Origin: Eledone cirrhosa
Taxonomy: Eukaryota
DNA length: 64,000 nt
Reading direction: 5' to 3'
Assembly: GCA_964016885.1 (NCBI GenBank)
Contig: OZ024741.1
Coordinates: 130,200,001-130,264,000 of the forward strand
A program made the translations under genes and the position numbers. The notes under the pieces were generated by a model, which worked only from the letters and a program-made list of their open reading frames with translations, was not told where the DNA came from and ran no database searches. Numbering within the stretch: position 1 is the stretch's first letter; each line of letters opens with the position of its first letter. Shown here one piece after another: positions 38,065 to 50,575 of this stretch.

Positions 38065-40720
38065 ATAATAATAAATTTGAAGACTAAAATCGAAAGAGGG
38101 CTCGATAAGGATAAATATATATCAAATATATAAGAACCGTAGAGCAAATATTTATTAAAATAACAGATTAAAGTTTAAGCAAAGAATCGCTGCTTTCACC
38201 CTTAACGGGATCTTCTGAAACTAACAAAGTCAATATGTGAACGCAGAAGTAAATATTTCAAAAAACGTTGCAACCGGAGGAAGACAAGAAGACGATACAA
38301 GAAGAACGGGAAAAAACGAATATAATACGTCATTATTTGATGGAACAATTCTTTCGCGGTGATTGATTGGTTCAACGGCATATGCAACAAGGAACATTGC
38401 CATTTTATCCAATTCGACATCAATAATTACTACTCCTCCATCACTTTACAACTTCTCCTTAGAGCTATCAATTTCGCTAAAACACTCACAGTGGTTAAGG
38501 ATTTCGAAGTTGATGTCATCCTCAATGCCCGTAAGTCGGTGATTAATTTCGACGACTCTATTTAGATTAAACAATCTAATAGTACCCCATTCGACGTGAG
38601 TATGGGCGCCAGCGATTCTGCGGAGGTTACTGATCTTATCGGCCTTTTCCTTCTTTTCTCTATCAAGTAAGAATTCCCTTACGTGGGCGGTGGTTTGTAC
38701 CGTGATGAACGGTCTTTTGACCATGACTAAGTGCGGCCCACGTGCTTGCGACAGGTTCAGAAAAGAACTCACAGCCTTCTTTAAAGGCTTCAGCCTTTCC
38801 ATACAAGTTGAGGCCAACCTCTCGGTCGTTAATTACCTCGACGTTACCCTCAATTTATCGAATGGGTTGCATTACCCGTATAGAAAGCCGAATGCTACGC
38901 TTAATTACATAAGTAAGCATTCTAACCATCCTGCCAGCATAACCAAGAACCTGGTAAGAAACGTTTCTTTGAGGCTTTCCCGTCAAACTACTAACGAGCA
39001 TATTTTCAACGACCATTCCACATATTACAATGAAGCTCTTGCTCGGAGTGGATTTGTCGATAAGGTAGCATATACAGAGTACGAGAATAGACCTAGAAGA
39101 AATAGATCCCGACGCATTATATGGTATAACCCACCATATAATATGGAGGTGGCCACACCATTAGTTAAGATCTTTCTCTCCCTTATTATGAAGCATTTTC
39201 CCCCTACACATAAATATAGTAAAATTTTTAATAGAAATACTATTAAAATTTCTTACTCTACGACTCCTAACCTTGCACATAACATCACAGCTCCAAATTT
39301 AGCTAAACTACCTAGCCGTAGGAACACGTGCAACCCTGTAGTTAGTACTAACTTTAATTGTAGGAATCGGGTTGACTGCCCCCTATCCGGGAAATGCCTC
39401 TCTAGTAACATTGTCTACAAATGTAAGGTTGAAACACCCACGTCCCGTAGGGCCTACATAGGGTTAACCGCCAATAGATTCAAGCAGCGTCTTTACATGC
39501 ACACCCATTCTTTTCGTAACCTTTTAAGAAGGAATATGACGTCACTTTCAGCTAAGGTCTAAAAGACAACCACACCCAATATAAGTTACACTGGGAGATC
39601 CTAGCTAGGGCTAGATCGTATGACGGATATAAAAGACCATGTGACCTCTGCGCCGCTGAGGCCCTGGAAATACCAAACGCCAAAGACACATCTTAAACAA
39701 AAAATCTGAGGAAATTTCGGCTTGTAAACATAAATTGCACAAAACTTTCCTGTATTACAGCCCCACATTATACCCTAACGGATAGTACGAACTATACGCG
39801 GATATTTTACGTCTTGATGTCGTAGCTAAGTATATGTTATGTTTATACCATTACTTATTTGTGTAGGTAAGTATATATTACCTGTATGTTTTGTGAAGGT
39901 ACGTATACTTTCTCGTACGTATATTTGATTGTATATGTTATGGCGTATATTTTATTTATTCTGGTACATATGCTTTTGGTTATGTGTATACGTGAGTTTT
40001 GCGTCTGTATGAGTAAGCGGGTTCGTACGTATGTAGGGTGTGTGTATATGTATACTTTGTGTTTTGGTTGACGTACGTCTCCGAACATATGTGTATTTAC
40101 ATGTAGGTATGTGTGTACGCTTGTTATATACGTATTTATTTATTTATATACGTTTATTTAATTATATGTATACACACACACACACACATATATATATATA
40201 TTTTTTTAAATATATATTTTTACATTCGTACGTGTGCCGGTACAGGCGTTGCGTGGGTACTATTAGATTTTTTAATCCAAATAGAGTCGTCGAAATTAAT
40301 CACCGACTTACGGGCATTGAGGATGACATCAACTTCGAAATCCTTAACCACTGTGAGTGTTTTAGCGAAATTGATAGCTCTAAGGAGAAGTTGTAAAGTG
40401 ATGGAGGAGTAGTAATTATTGATGTCGAATTGGATAAAACGGCAATGTTCCTTGTTGCATATGCCGTTGAACCAATCAATCACCGCGAAAGAATTGTTCC
40501 ACCAAATAATGACGTATTATATTCGTTTTTTCCCGTTCTTTGCCAGGGAACGTTTCCACGAACCAAAGTATTGTCTTCTTGTCTTCCTCCGGTTGCAACG
40601 TTTTTTGAAATATTTACTTCTGCGTTCACATATTGACTTTGTTAGTTTCAGAAGATCCCGTTAAGGGTGAAAGCAGCGATTCTTTGCTTAAACTTTAATC
40701 TGTTATTTTAATAAATAAAT
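38062..40720 (+). mobile_element. Second Naiad-like PLE, 5'-truncated, with ~440-460-bp inverted termini (38149-38587 / 40255-40717)
   Basis: WNNS..VIDWF..FIQFDINNYYSSI, FDVSMGA, LYRD, VNYLDVT, SNHP, WYNPPY, NCRNRVDCPLSGKC..NIVYKC..AYIG, CDLC and CKH; several stops and frameshifts. Confidence 0.9.
40645..40693 (+). ncRNA. Variant HHR-like motif of the second Naiad family; also at 38173-38221 (-) and 56394-56442 (+), partial at 13965 and 47960
   Basis: GTTT-CAGAAGA-TCCC-GTTA-AGGG-T-GAAAGCA..TGCTT-AAAC: core CAGANGA rather than CUGANGA, with a CUU triplet. Confidence 0.55.
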
Positions 40721-41609
40721 AAATAAATATATATATATCATAATCTATAAAGCTCAGTGTATGGACATGCTCCTTTGTTATAGAAATCTACGATATAGAA
40801 TTTCTTCAATTGAAATGTACAATTCAGTATTCGAAATAGCTTTCAATTTCACCCACAATTACGCAAAAAAATAGATAAAACTCAATATTTTACGATTTTT
40901 CTCATTTAAACTGCTAAACTCTTTCCATTACCATTCAAAATCTATACAACTTCATACTTTATGCTACTTTCTCTTTCCAAGCTTGATGGTGATACTGTCC
41001 GTTTTACTCTCTCATATCATCTCCTTTTCTCTATCTACAACCCACACATTTTGCTACTTTCTCTTTTATACTTCAAACTTACTGATTTATTTCTAAACGC
41101 ATACAAACACACACTCACTTCAAATGATAAAAAAACATTTAAAGCAATTAAACAACGTGCGTGATTTATAACCACACTAACTTTTAGTTGCTTCAAACTT
41201 AATTATTTATTTACAAACACATACAAACACACTCACATAAATTGATCAAAAAAAATTAATTGTGCGTGATTGCCGAAGAGAGTGAGAGAAGAGAGTGAGA
41301 GGGAGAGAGAGAGAGAGAACGTTTATTATTATATAAAGTACCAGTAATGTACTGGGTAATTGCTGGCCTTGTGCCAAAAAAGTAGAAACAATTATTAAAT
41401 TTCATACGAAACGACAATTATTCAAAAGCAACAGATACATTTATTCAACAACAAGCGATAAATCTTTTTTAAAACCTCTCAACGAACGTGGATTCTTACA
41501 GACTTTGAGTCGAATCGGTTTGAAATTGTGCAAATGTATAAACATGGAACATGTGCACACACACAACAACAACAACAATCTGCCTTTTATAGACAATGAT
41601 AAACAATAA

Positions 41610-42066
41610 TATCCTATATGAGGTCACTAAACCTGCTAGAAACAGCAGCTAACTCTCCCCCATAACACACCCATCCCTACTGTCTTAAATTTAGAAAACA
41701 TATCTTCTATGAGGTCACTAAACCTGCTAGAAACAGCAGCTAACTCTCCCCTATATCACACCACTCCCTACTGTCTTAAATTTAGAAAACACATATCCTC
41801 TATGAGGTTACTAAACCTGCTAGAAACAGCAGTAACTCTCCCCATATCACACCCCTCCCTATTGTCTTAAATTTAGAAAACATATCTTCTATGAGGTCAC
41901 TAAACCTGCTAGAAACAGCAGCTAACTCTCCCCCATATCACACCACTCCCTACTGTCTTAAATTTAGAAAACACATATCCTCTATGAGGTCACTAAACCT
42001 GCTAGAAACAACAGCTAACTCTCCCTCATATCACAACCCTCCCTACTGTCTTAAATTTAGAAAACA
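41610..42066 (+). repeat. ~91-bp tandem repeat, 5 copies
   Basis: ATGAGGT(C/T)ACTAAACCTGCTAGAAACAGCAG starts at 41618, 41709, 41802, 41891 and 41984. Confidence 0.92.
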
Positions 42067-42324
42067 CACAGACAACCATGCAGAACAACTCAATCGCAGC
42101 TCTGTTGTTCGGCTGGCATCGTCTACGCGCGTGTTGCGCAAGTACTGTGAAACAATAAATTTCAACACTTTTTTGCACAGAGATAATATCCATAGGCGAA
42201 ACTACAATTGTCACTGCTGGCGCAGCTCATGCTTCCAGGTCTGCAATTCATTCACCCAGTGCCTGGCAGACAAAAAGGTGCTGCCATAAAATGGGTGGTG
42301 CAACCCAACTTTGGTAACTTAATG

Positions 42325-42353
42325 ACCCCGAGCAATGCCGGGCTTTAATGCTA

Positions 42354-42354
<1 letters not shown>
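42325..42354 (+). mobile_element. Helitron 3' terminus (hairpin plus CTAG); 5' end uncertain, possibly near 40738
   Basis: CCCGAGCAATGCCGGG-N9-CTAG|T, the same type of end as at 17846-17873 and 48781-48808. Confidence 0.65.
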
Positions 42355-42414
<60 letters not shown>

Positions 42415-43296
42415 GAGAGAGAGAGAGAAACTTTGTTTTTGCAAGATTCTCAATATGAAATAGTGTTATAATTTGTGAGGGATATGCTGCCAGTAAAAAC
42501 ACACTCATCAGCCGAGGTTCACTTCAGTGTACACTTAGTTGAGTAAGTAACCATTTATCGCCTAGTTTATTAATTGTTAATTTCCAAAGCTCTTTCGTCA
42601 CACATCTTGTAAACTTTTGAATGGCTATACTTGCTGCATTGTGTCTTATCTTTGTTCTGATCTTGTTCTATCTACACAATGTTTTCTTTTCAAGGGTCCC
42701 TTAGCGCATGTTTTGAAACGTCACACAAAATCGTGAGCAGGCAAATGCACCCTCTCAACCGTCCCTACTTCCATACATCTTAACATCAAAGGTGTGACAA
42801 TTGGAAGCAGAGATACGTCAATACCAGTACGGGATTGATACTTTCTTCATCGACCAAGAAAGGATAAAAAGCAAAGGGGTCAATGGCGAGATTTGAACTC
42901 ATAATGAAGAGAGCCTAGACAAATATTCAACGCGCCAATGGTTCTGTCAGTTCGACCGTCTTATTGCCGGATATAGTTATCTGCAATCCTGAACTTACCT
43001 ATTAGCTAAAAAAGCTATAGCTTAGAGCCACACATCATCGGGGGCCCCACTTTTTAAAATATATTTTTATTTTATCATTAGTTTTTATTCTTTAACATTA
43101 AATCATCAAAAATTATATATATATATATATAGAAGTGGTTACACAACAGTTAGTTCACCATACCGAGAACAATTGTTTCACCTTAGCGGATCCTCAGCTG
43201 AGTATGGTGAACTAACTGTTGTGTAACTACTTCTACCTAACTCGTCCCATGGACTGAGTGCTACCACTACGGATATTACCCTCCAGTGTTCTACCA

Positions 43297-43328
<32 letters not shown>

Positions 43329-43338
43329 TATATATATA

Positions 43339-43432
<94 letters not shown>

Positions 43433-45575
43433 TTTATATATATATATATATATACTTCGTTTTTGAATTTGTTTTGGAAAATTTCTCATCTGAAAACGTG
43501 TGTTGAAACAGATATTGTTATACTTTGGGAGGGTTATGCTTCCAATAAAAACACACGCACCTGTTGTTATCCCTTCAATTGTTCTGTCCTACACAAGATG
43601 GGGTAGGACAGAACAAAGGAGACATTTGCAGGCATGCACTTGCTCAGAAATTCAGGTAGGGGACCCCTTCTGGGGGCAGTAAACCGACTTGATGAATGTT
43701 GAAGTTGATATCATCAATGCAACAAAACGTCATAACTGCTTGAGTCGGTGTTTGGTTTTCACGAAGCGAGACGTATTGGTTACCCATGGCTTATAAAGGA
43801 AGGTGAACACATGAACCTTTACTTGAACTTATCACGGGGACCCTTGGAGAGGGGGGTAGTAAGCGCCTTCAACTTATCTATTGAAGTTCACATTAACACT
43901 GTATTAGTACCTGATAACTTTTGAAGTTTACGTTCGATTTTTAACTTTGCCGGACACATTGGTTACCCATTGCCTAAAGATGATGTTGAAGATACTGTCT
44001 ATACCCGGAACAAGCAAGAGAACCCCCAGGGAGCAGTAAGCCCCGGCGAGTCATTTATTGAATTTGGCTATTGTAATGCAGCAAAGCGTCATAGCTTCGA
44101 TAATTGGTAGTCCAATAAAATGAATTTCAACTTAGTTGTTATTCATGTACTACAGATGAAGATACAGTGAGGCACATTTACTTTTATTTCAATTCAGAAA
44201 GAGGACCCCTCGGGGACAATGAGCCCAATTCATTAACCTATAAAAGTTCAAACTGCCACAATAAAAAAGCACCATAACCGCGGGAGAAAAGCTAAACGAA
44301 ATGGTTATTGCCTGCCATAAGATAAAGCACCACACATTCGTTATCACTTGAATTTTGCATGGGAACCCCCTAGGGAGGTGAGTGAGCCCCTTTAGACCAC
44401 CTTTAAAGTTCATATTATGGTTGCAGCAAAGCATTTCAATTTCTGGAAATAAAAGTCAATTTAAACGAAAGTTGATGCATTCGTTACTTATGTCCTACAA
44501 ATGGAGTAGCGAATTTTTAAATCCCCTGACTTAACTTTAGTTTGTTTAGTTAACTTTAGGATGATTGAATTTAATTTTGCACCCGGTCGTCTCTCACGTG
44601 TAATTGCACTACAATTAAGTGCGGAATGGGGAGTTAAATTATTTTCCTTGAACTTTGGCATCATTTCACACTCCTAACCAAGAAAACGCGATTTAACCCT
44701 AGTGTAAATTTTAACTCCTACTGTATGTGGATTGTGCTATTTCACACCCATGCCTAAACTGTGCGAATTATTCATTAGTTTTTGCACCCGATTGTCTCCC
44801 CCGTTTAATTGCACCTCAATTAAGTGCGAAAAGGCGACCTCTGGCCAACCACACATCAGTGAGTTGTGTTCAGTATATTTCATCACACTTATTTGTATTA
44901 TCTAACCAATCAGACAACTCGAGTGCTGTTCATTGAGCGAAATCACTTCTATTTATATCGATCAAGTCCGACCTAGGATTACATTTCTTTTTTGGCTTTT
45001 GACAAGTGGTAGGTTGTTTTACATGCGTACTCTCATAAGCTACCCCATGTTTCCGAAACGCATGCTTCTTCAACATTTGTCACCCTAAATGAGGTTTAGT
45101 TAATGTGTTTATGGTCATAAGGCACCAGTTTATCATGCTGTGATTTTTCGGCCATTTTGCCTGTATCCTTTCAATGGTTAGTACTTACTTATTGCTATGT
45201 TCGAACTGAACAAACATACTGACACTTATATACCTACCACTGTAGCCACGCTATTTAATTTCCTTTATCACAGGTAGTCAATACGCTGCGTTGCCACTAA
45301 CTTAAAACCTGAAATTTGACTGGTACACAAAATCTTGCAAAACATACCCAATTTCTCAGACCACATAGATTTATCACATTTTTTTCACAATTTATATCCG
45401 TGTTTAGATTTTCTTACTTAAACGTTATTTGTCCACTATTTATCGTTCTCTCTGGTTAATTTTCTAAAAACAATGCCCCCAAGAAAATAACTGTCATTGG
45501 TCGATTATCTAATGATGTAAGTAGGTCTAAGCGAAGGCGTCTCACTGAAGATGTAAATGACTCTCATAGAATGCT

Positions 45576-45932
45576 GTGCAGACGGCAGCTGCAAGAGCGG
45601 AGGAGGATGACAGTCGACGTGAACTTCGATGGAACAAAGATGCTGCCGCGACTGCAACATCCGCTGCTCGTGTTCGAGAGGATGAAGGACAACGCGCCGT
45701 TCGACAAGGCAGGGACGCCTCTGCAACATCCGCTGCTCGCGCTCGAGAGGATGAAGGACGACGCGCCGTTCAACGAAGCAAGGACGCCACTGCAACATCC
45801 GCTGCTGGCGCTCGAGAGGATGAAGGACGACGCGCCGTTCGACGAATCAGGGACGCCGCTGCCACTAGTGCTGCACGAAATACTGAAACCACGGAGCAAC
45901 AACGACGTGACCGACCTCTGAAAAGTGAATAG
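45576..45932 (+). pseudogene. Helitron Rep-helicase N-terminal Arg/Ala/Glu repeats (69-bp, 23-aa unit)
   Basis: (AARAREDEGRRAVRxxRDAxATS)n..ARNTETTEQQRRDR; GATGAAGG at 45681, 45750 and 45819. Confidence 0.7.
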
Positions 45933-45971
45933 CGGTTACGTGGCATTTGTAGGACTTGCAATTCACGATGG

Positions 45972-46524
45972 TTGTTGACTAAGCTGTGCTTGCCTGGAAA
46001 CCTGCACGTCTACAAGTCCCTTGACTCTATGGCTGATCCGGACGAAGTCGTTAATTACCTCACAGAATTTCTTAACTCCCTAGACCCTCCCGGATTACCG
46101 CCACACTTACTGCGACTTAAGAAAGGTGCTCCTGTCATGCTCCTGGGGAATTTGGAACCCCGAAGGCTTTTCAACGGCACGCGTCTGGTCGTCCAAAAGG
46201 CGATGCCTCATGTTATTGAGGCAACAATTATTACAGGATGTGATAATGGAAATACTGTCTTCATACCAAGGATACCTCTCATTCCATCCGGTAAAGACAT
46301 TTCTTTCATATTCAGAAGGCTGCAATTCCCTTCCGGCTCAGTTTCGCCATGTCGATTAACAAATCACAGGGTCAGATGCTGACAGTCGTAGCATTTAGAA
46401 GAACCGTGCTTCTCCCATGGTCAACTATATGTTGGCTGCTCTCGAGTTAGGGAGCCGACATAACCTATTTGCTTTTGCAACTCGCGAGAAAACCCAAAAT
46501 ATAGTCTATAAGGAAGTTTTGTAG
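45972..46524 (+). pseudogene. PIF1-family helicase C-terminal fragment (Helitron)
   Basis: [29 protein letters not shown]....LFNGTRL..RIPLIPS..RRLQFP, then in shifted frames [34 protein letters not shown]. Confidence 0.92.
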
Positions 46525-46939
46525 GCACCCCATCCGCCAACAAGTAATCGCTGTTTTATTTTCGTATAAATGCTTATATTTGCTGTATCTGTGTGCCATT
46601 TTTGTCCCTTTGACAGTACCACGTACGCCTCTGAGGTTGATTTTGCTATACGTTATAAACGTTCAATGTCTCCGTTTTCCGCATTTATATGTTGATATTA
46701 CGCTTTGCTATCAATGTTCCGTAGTTTTAACCTAATTAATCTACTCTTCCCTACATCTTATTTACACATTTTTCGACATTCCAGCGTGATCTTGCCAAGG
46801 CCGTTTTTGTGGCTACCGACTGTTACATGCTTTTCTAGGTTACAATCTCAAATAACAAGCAAAGCAAATACGACACACCAAAGTGGTGTGAAGGCCTTCT
46901 TAAGAGCTACCACCTCTAATCGGAATCGTCTTAGCACAG

Positions 46940-47295
46940 CTCTGCCGCTGAGACTTTTAAGAGTGAACGATCCAAGGCCATCTTCAGGGCCACCAAGTTT
47001 AAATTGTTACCATCGGATTCATCTTTGCTGGCAGCATTGCCGCTGAGATATTTCAAAGTGAACGTTAAAAGGTCCTCTTCAGGGCCACCAACTATAAATT
47101 GTTATCGCTGGATTCGTCTTTGCTGGCAGCACCGCCGCTGAGAATTTAAAATTGGACGATCCAAGGCTCTCTTTAGGGCCACCAACTTTAAATTGTTACC
47201 ATCCGATTCGTCTTTGCTGGCAGCACCGCCGCATAGATATTTCAAAGTGAACGTTCAAAGGCCCTCTTTAGGACCAACACCTATAAATTGTTACT
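46940..47295 (+). repeat. ~95-bp tandem repeat, ~3.7 copies, inside the Helitron 3' region
   Basis: Units start near 46963, 47058, 47152 and 47247 (AGGGCCACCAA..AAATTGTTA..CTTTGCTGGCAGCA). Confidence 0.9.
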
Positions 47296-47476
47296 TATAT
47301 AGTCGTGTTTAACGGAAGTCTTTCGGTTCATTTGAATGACTACTCCTTTTAGAGTTATACCGGGTAAAACCGGGTACCTCTGCTAGTTTACAATAAATTG
47401 AAGAGAAAATCAACAGGTGCGTGTGTTTTCATTGGCAGCAAGACCCACCCAAAGTATAACAATTTATATACATACT

Positions 47477-49278
47477 CAGTTATCCCCCGGTATTCGCGGA
47501 GCTTACGTTCCTAGAACACCCGCGAAGAATGATAAACCGCGAAAATTTGACGTGGTCCATAATCTATACATATATATAAAACTGTAGTTGTCTGTGTTTG
47601 TGTCCTCATTTTTGCAAAGTCTATACAAATCCACATTTCTACTCCGATTGACTTCAAACTTGCATTTATATATTCCTTGCGGTCTAAAGATATTAACTGC
47701 AGCTTATATTTTTCAATTATATGTTGTTAAGGGGTGTTAGGCGCCGGTTATCCATCTCCGTCGCGCCTTTATAATATCTGTTTGTATATCTGGCTGTCTG
47801 CATTACGAGATTATGACAAACATTGACGTATTATGTCCGCTATTTTCCATTCATTGCCAGGGAACGTCTTCACGAACCAAAGTATCGTCTTCCTGTTTTC
47901 CTTCGGTTGCAACGTTTTTCGAAATATTTACTTCTACGTTCACAGATTGATTTTTTCACTTTCGAAAGATCCCGTTAAGGGTGAAAGCAGCGATTCTTTG
48001 CTTAAACTTTAATCTATTATTTTAGTATATAATATAAGCGAGGCAAGCCAGCCCAGTTGTTACTTCTTGCCAATAAACATTAACCCTTTGTGCGTCATTC
48101 ATCTAACTGTAGACCAACAAATACCAACTAAACGGAGCGTTGACAAGAACGATGGCGAATGAATCTTCGAGGTAAGCAGTTTCCTCCCGTGCTGTTAGTT
48201 CACGCGGGATTCTCTGCTACACCTTTTCGTAATAATTGTTTCTACTTTTGGCACAAGGCCAGTAATTATCCCAGTGTATTACTGGTACTTTATTTTATCG
48301 ACCCCGTAGGGATGAAAGGCAAAGTTAACCTCGGCGGCATTTGAACTCAGACCATAAAGGGTCGTAATTCTTTGCTGCAAAGCATGACGTCCGAACCTCT
48401 ACCGATACTGCCAATCCACTGCCCTTTTCCGTAATAATACCGAACAACATACTGCTGGTGATTCCTTCCTCCAAAAGCCGTACAAAGCGGATAGTGCATC
48501 GGGCAGATGGATCGGGTGCAAATCTACACCAGGCCTACGCGAGAAATTCGTAAGGGACTGCACCGAGACGGATAGAGAGAAAGAGTAACTTAGTGGAAAG
48601 CGTGCGAATGAACTTTTGAGGTATTTCTATGAACAATGCACGTAGACAGCTAAACTGTACTTTCAACTTCTTAATTTCCTCCAAATAAAAAAAGTTTCCT
48701 GTTAGTATATTTTCGTGAGTTTTTAACAGGCACTCACAAATAAACGTTTCTCATTGGAGGTGTTATTACCAATGTTCTTACCCGTGCAACGCCGGGATAC
48801 ACTGCTAGTAAAGCCTATAAACGTCAAAACATAACGTAAAATATAGACCGGCAAATACGGCATATTGTTATTAATAATTTAGAGTTCAAATTCCGCCGAG
48901 GTTAACTTTGCCTTTCAACCTTACGGAGTCGATAAAATAAAGTACCAGTAATGCACTGGGATAATTGCTGTTCTTGTGCCAATAGTAGAAACAATTAATA
49001 ATTTAGCGTTAAAATGCATGAAAAAATATATATTGCCACAAAAATAGCCATAAAAATATCACGGAAGATATTTACGATTCCGCGAATATGTTGTGGTTTC
49101 CACGAACAATTATTAGTTAGGTTCTTTCATCCTTACGGGGTCGATAAAATAAAGTACTAGTAATGCACTGGGTAATTGCTGGCCTTGTGCCTAAAGTAGA
49201 AACAATTATTAGTTAGGTTCTAAGGATAATCCCGCGAATAAACCGGATGTCGGGACAGCGAATGCCGGGGTACAGTGT
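47477..49278. mobile_element. Tigger/pogo-like MITE interrupted by a Helitron and SINEs
   Basis: Imperfect TIRs CAGTTATCCCCCGGTATTCGC and GCGAATGCCGGGGTACAGTG, with TA at the right end and subterminal CCGCGAA motifs. Confidence 0.6.
47563..48808 (+). mobile_element. Non-autonomous Helitron carrying a Naiad pLTR fragment (47820-48025) and a SINE (48230-48427)
   Basis: A|TCTATACATATATATAAAA start; CCCGTGCAACGCCGGG plus CTAG|T end. Confidence 0.75.
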
Positions 49279-49716
49279 ATATATATATACTTTATCATAA
49301 ACATTTATATAAAGAATAACAATCACGTATAAATATTTTTAATTTTTTACCCGAATTTCAAATAACGAAAAGCCTAAGCAAGTGAAAGTCCGGACCTGTT
49401 GACATGGAGTTTAATTTAAACAATACCAATAAAACAAAAGCGAACCATAACACTTCAAATAAAATTATACCACCATACAAAAGTATATACATTTGAAGTA
49501 CATACGACCATCTCTAGAGTACATACGACCACCATTACTAAAGTATATACAGCTGCTTTATACAAACGGAAACAGCTACTAGAGTACATATAACCAGACA
49601 TAGCCCACCAAAACCATCTATGTATCTGTCTGTCTATCTATCTGGGATTCAAACTCACAACCTTACAATCATGAACTTACTACCTCAACCTCTATATCGA
49701 TAGATTTTATGTATGC

Positions 49717-49801
<85 letters not shown>

Positions 49802-49804
<3 letters not shown>

Positions 49805-50110
49805 CCCCTTTTTAATTTCAGTTTATTTTGATCATGCTTTTATATTTATTTTTATTTCATTCCTTTTATTTTGATCATGCTTTATTTTTATTTTTATTTT
49901 TAATTTCATTCGCACCGTTTCCTTTCGCTATATGTCTCTCCACCACTCCCCTACACACCCTTTGAACTCTGTTCCCACACACTTCTCACCTGAGGAAGGG
50001 CTTATGCCCGAAACGTCGTTCCCCACCACCACCCCACTCTCCAGAGCGTGAAATTAATAAACATTCGTTGTACTGCCTCTCTGTTTTGTTCCTGTTCAAA
50101 TTGTTCCATT
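49802..50110 (+). mobile_element. Neptune-like pLTR/3' end fragment in (TA)n
   Basis: Reverse complement of 27005-27340 and 33241-33430. Confidence 0.88.
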
Positions 50111-50354
50111 ATATATATATATACATACACACAAACATACATAAATACATGCCAATTGCATACGTAGATGCGGGCTTGCGAACATACATACATACATAGC
50201 CGTCAGATTTTATACAAACATTGTCTACACACAGACACAAACAAATACATGCATAACCATACATCTGTTTGCGTGTGTGTGTGTGGAAGTTCATATATGT
50301 GAGCACACACACACACAGAGACAGACACACACACACGCACACACAGACAGACAG

Positions 50355-50388
<34 letters not shown>

Positions 50389-50517
50389 TTATAATTGACA
50401 TATAAATATATATGCCTATTTATATAGGTATACTTAGTACATATATACATATATATATATATAATTATAATAAAATAACAGGAGGCTGGACTTGTGTAAA
50501 TCCTTGAAAGGTTTATT

Positions 50518-50575
50518 ATACTATGATCATTTCAATGACCGGGTTTCCTATGAATCCGGTGATATCATCAGGTAT
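50518..50575 (-). ncRNA. Type-I hammerhead ribozyme
   Basis: ATAC-CTGATGA-[ACCGG..CCGGT stem II]-GAAAT-GATC-ATA-GTAT. Confidence 0.7.

Larger units (their letters stand above)
43580..47386 (+). mobile_element. Internally deleted Helitron (5' boundary uncertain) carrying a Rep-helicase N-terminus and a PIF1 C-terminus
   Basis: RxARxxE repeat region, PIF1 fragment, subterminal 95-bp repeats, and the 3' hairpin ACCGGGTAAAACCGGGT plus CTAG at 47383-47386. Confidence 0.8.

Noticed and set aside
45972-46524. Host PIF1 gene
   Set aside because: It is an intronless, frameshifted fragment next to Helitron repeats and a hairpin-CTAG end.
41610-47295. Regularly spaced repeats (41.6 kb and 46.9 kb) as possible CRISPR arrays
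   Set aside because: Whole units repeat with no unique spacers, there are no cas genes, and the context is eukaryotic.
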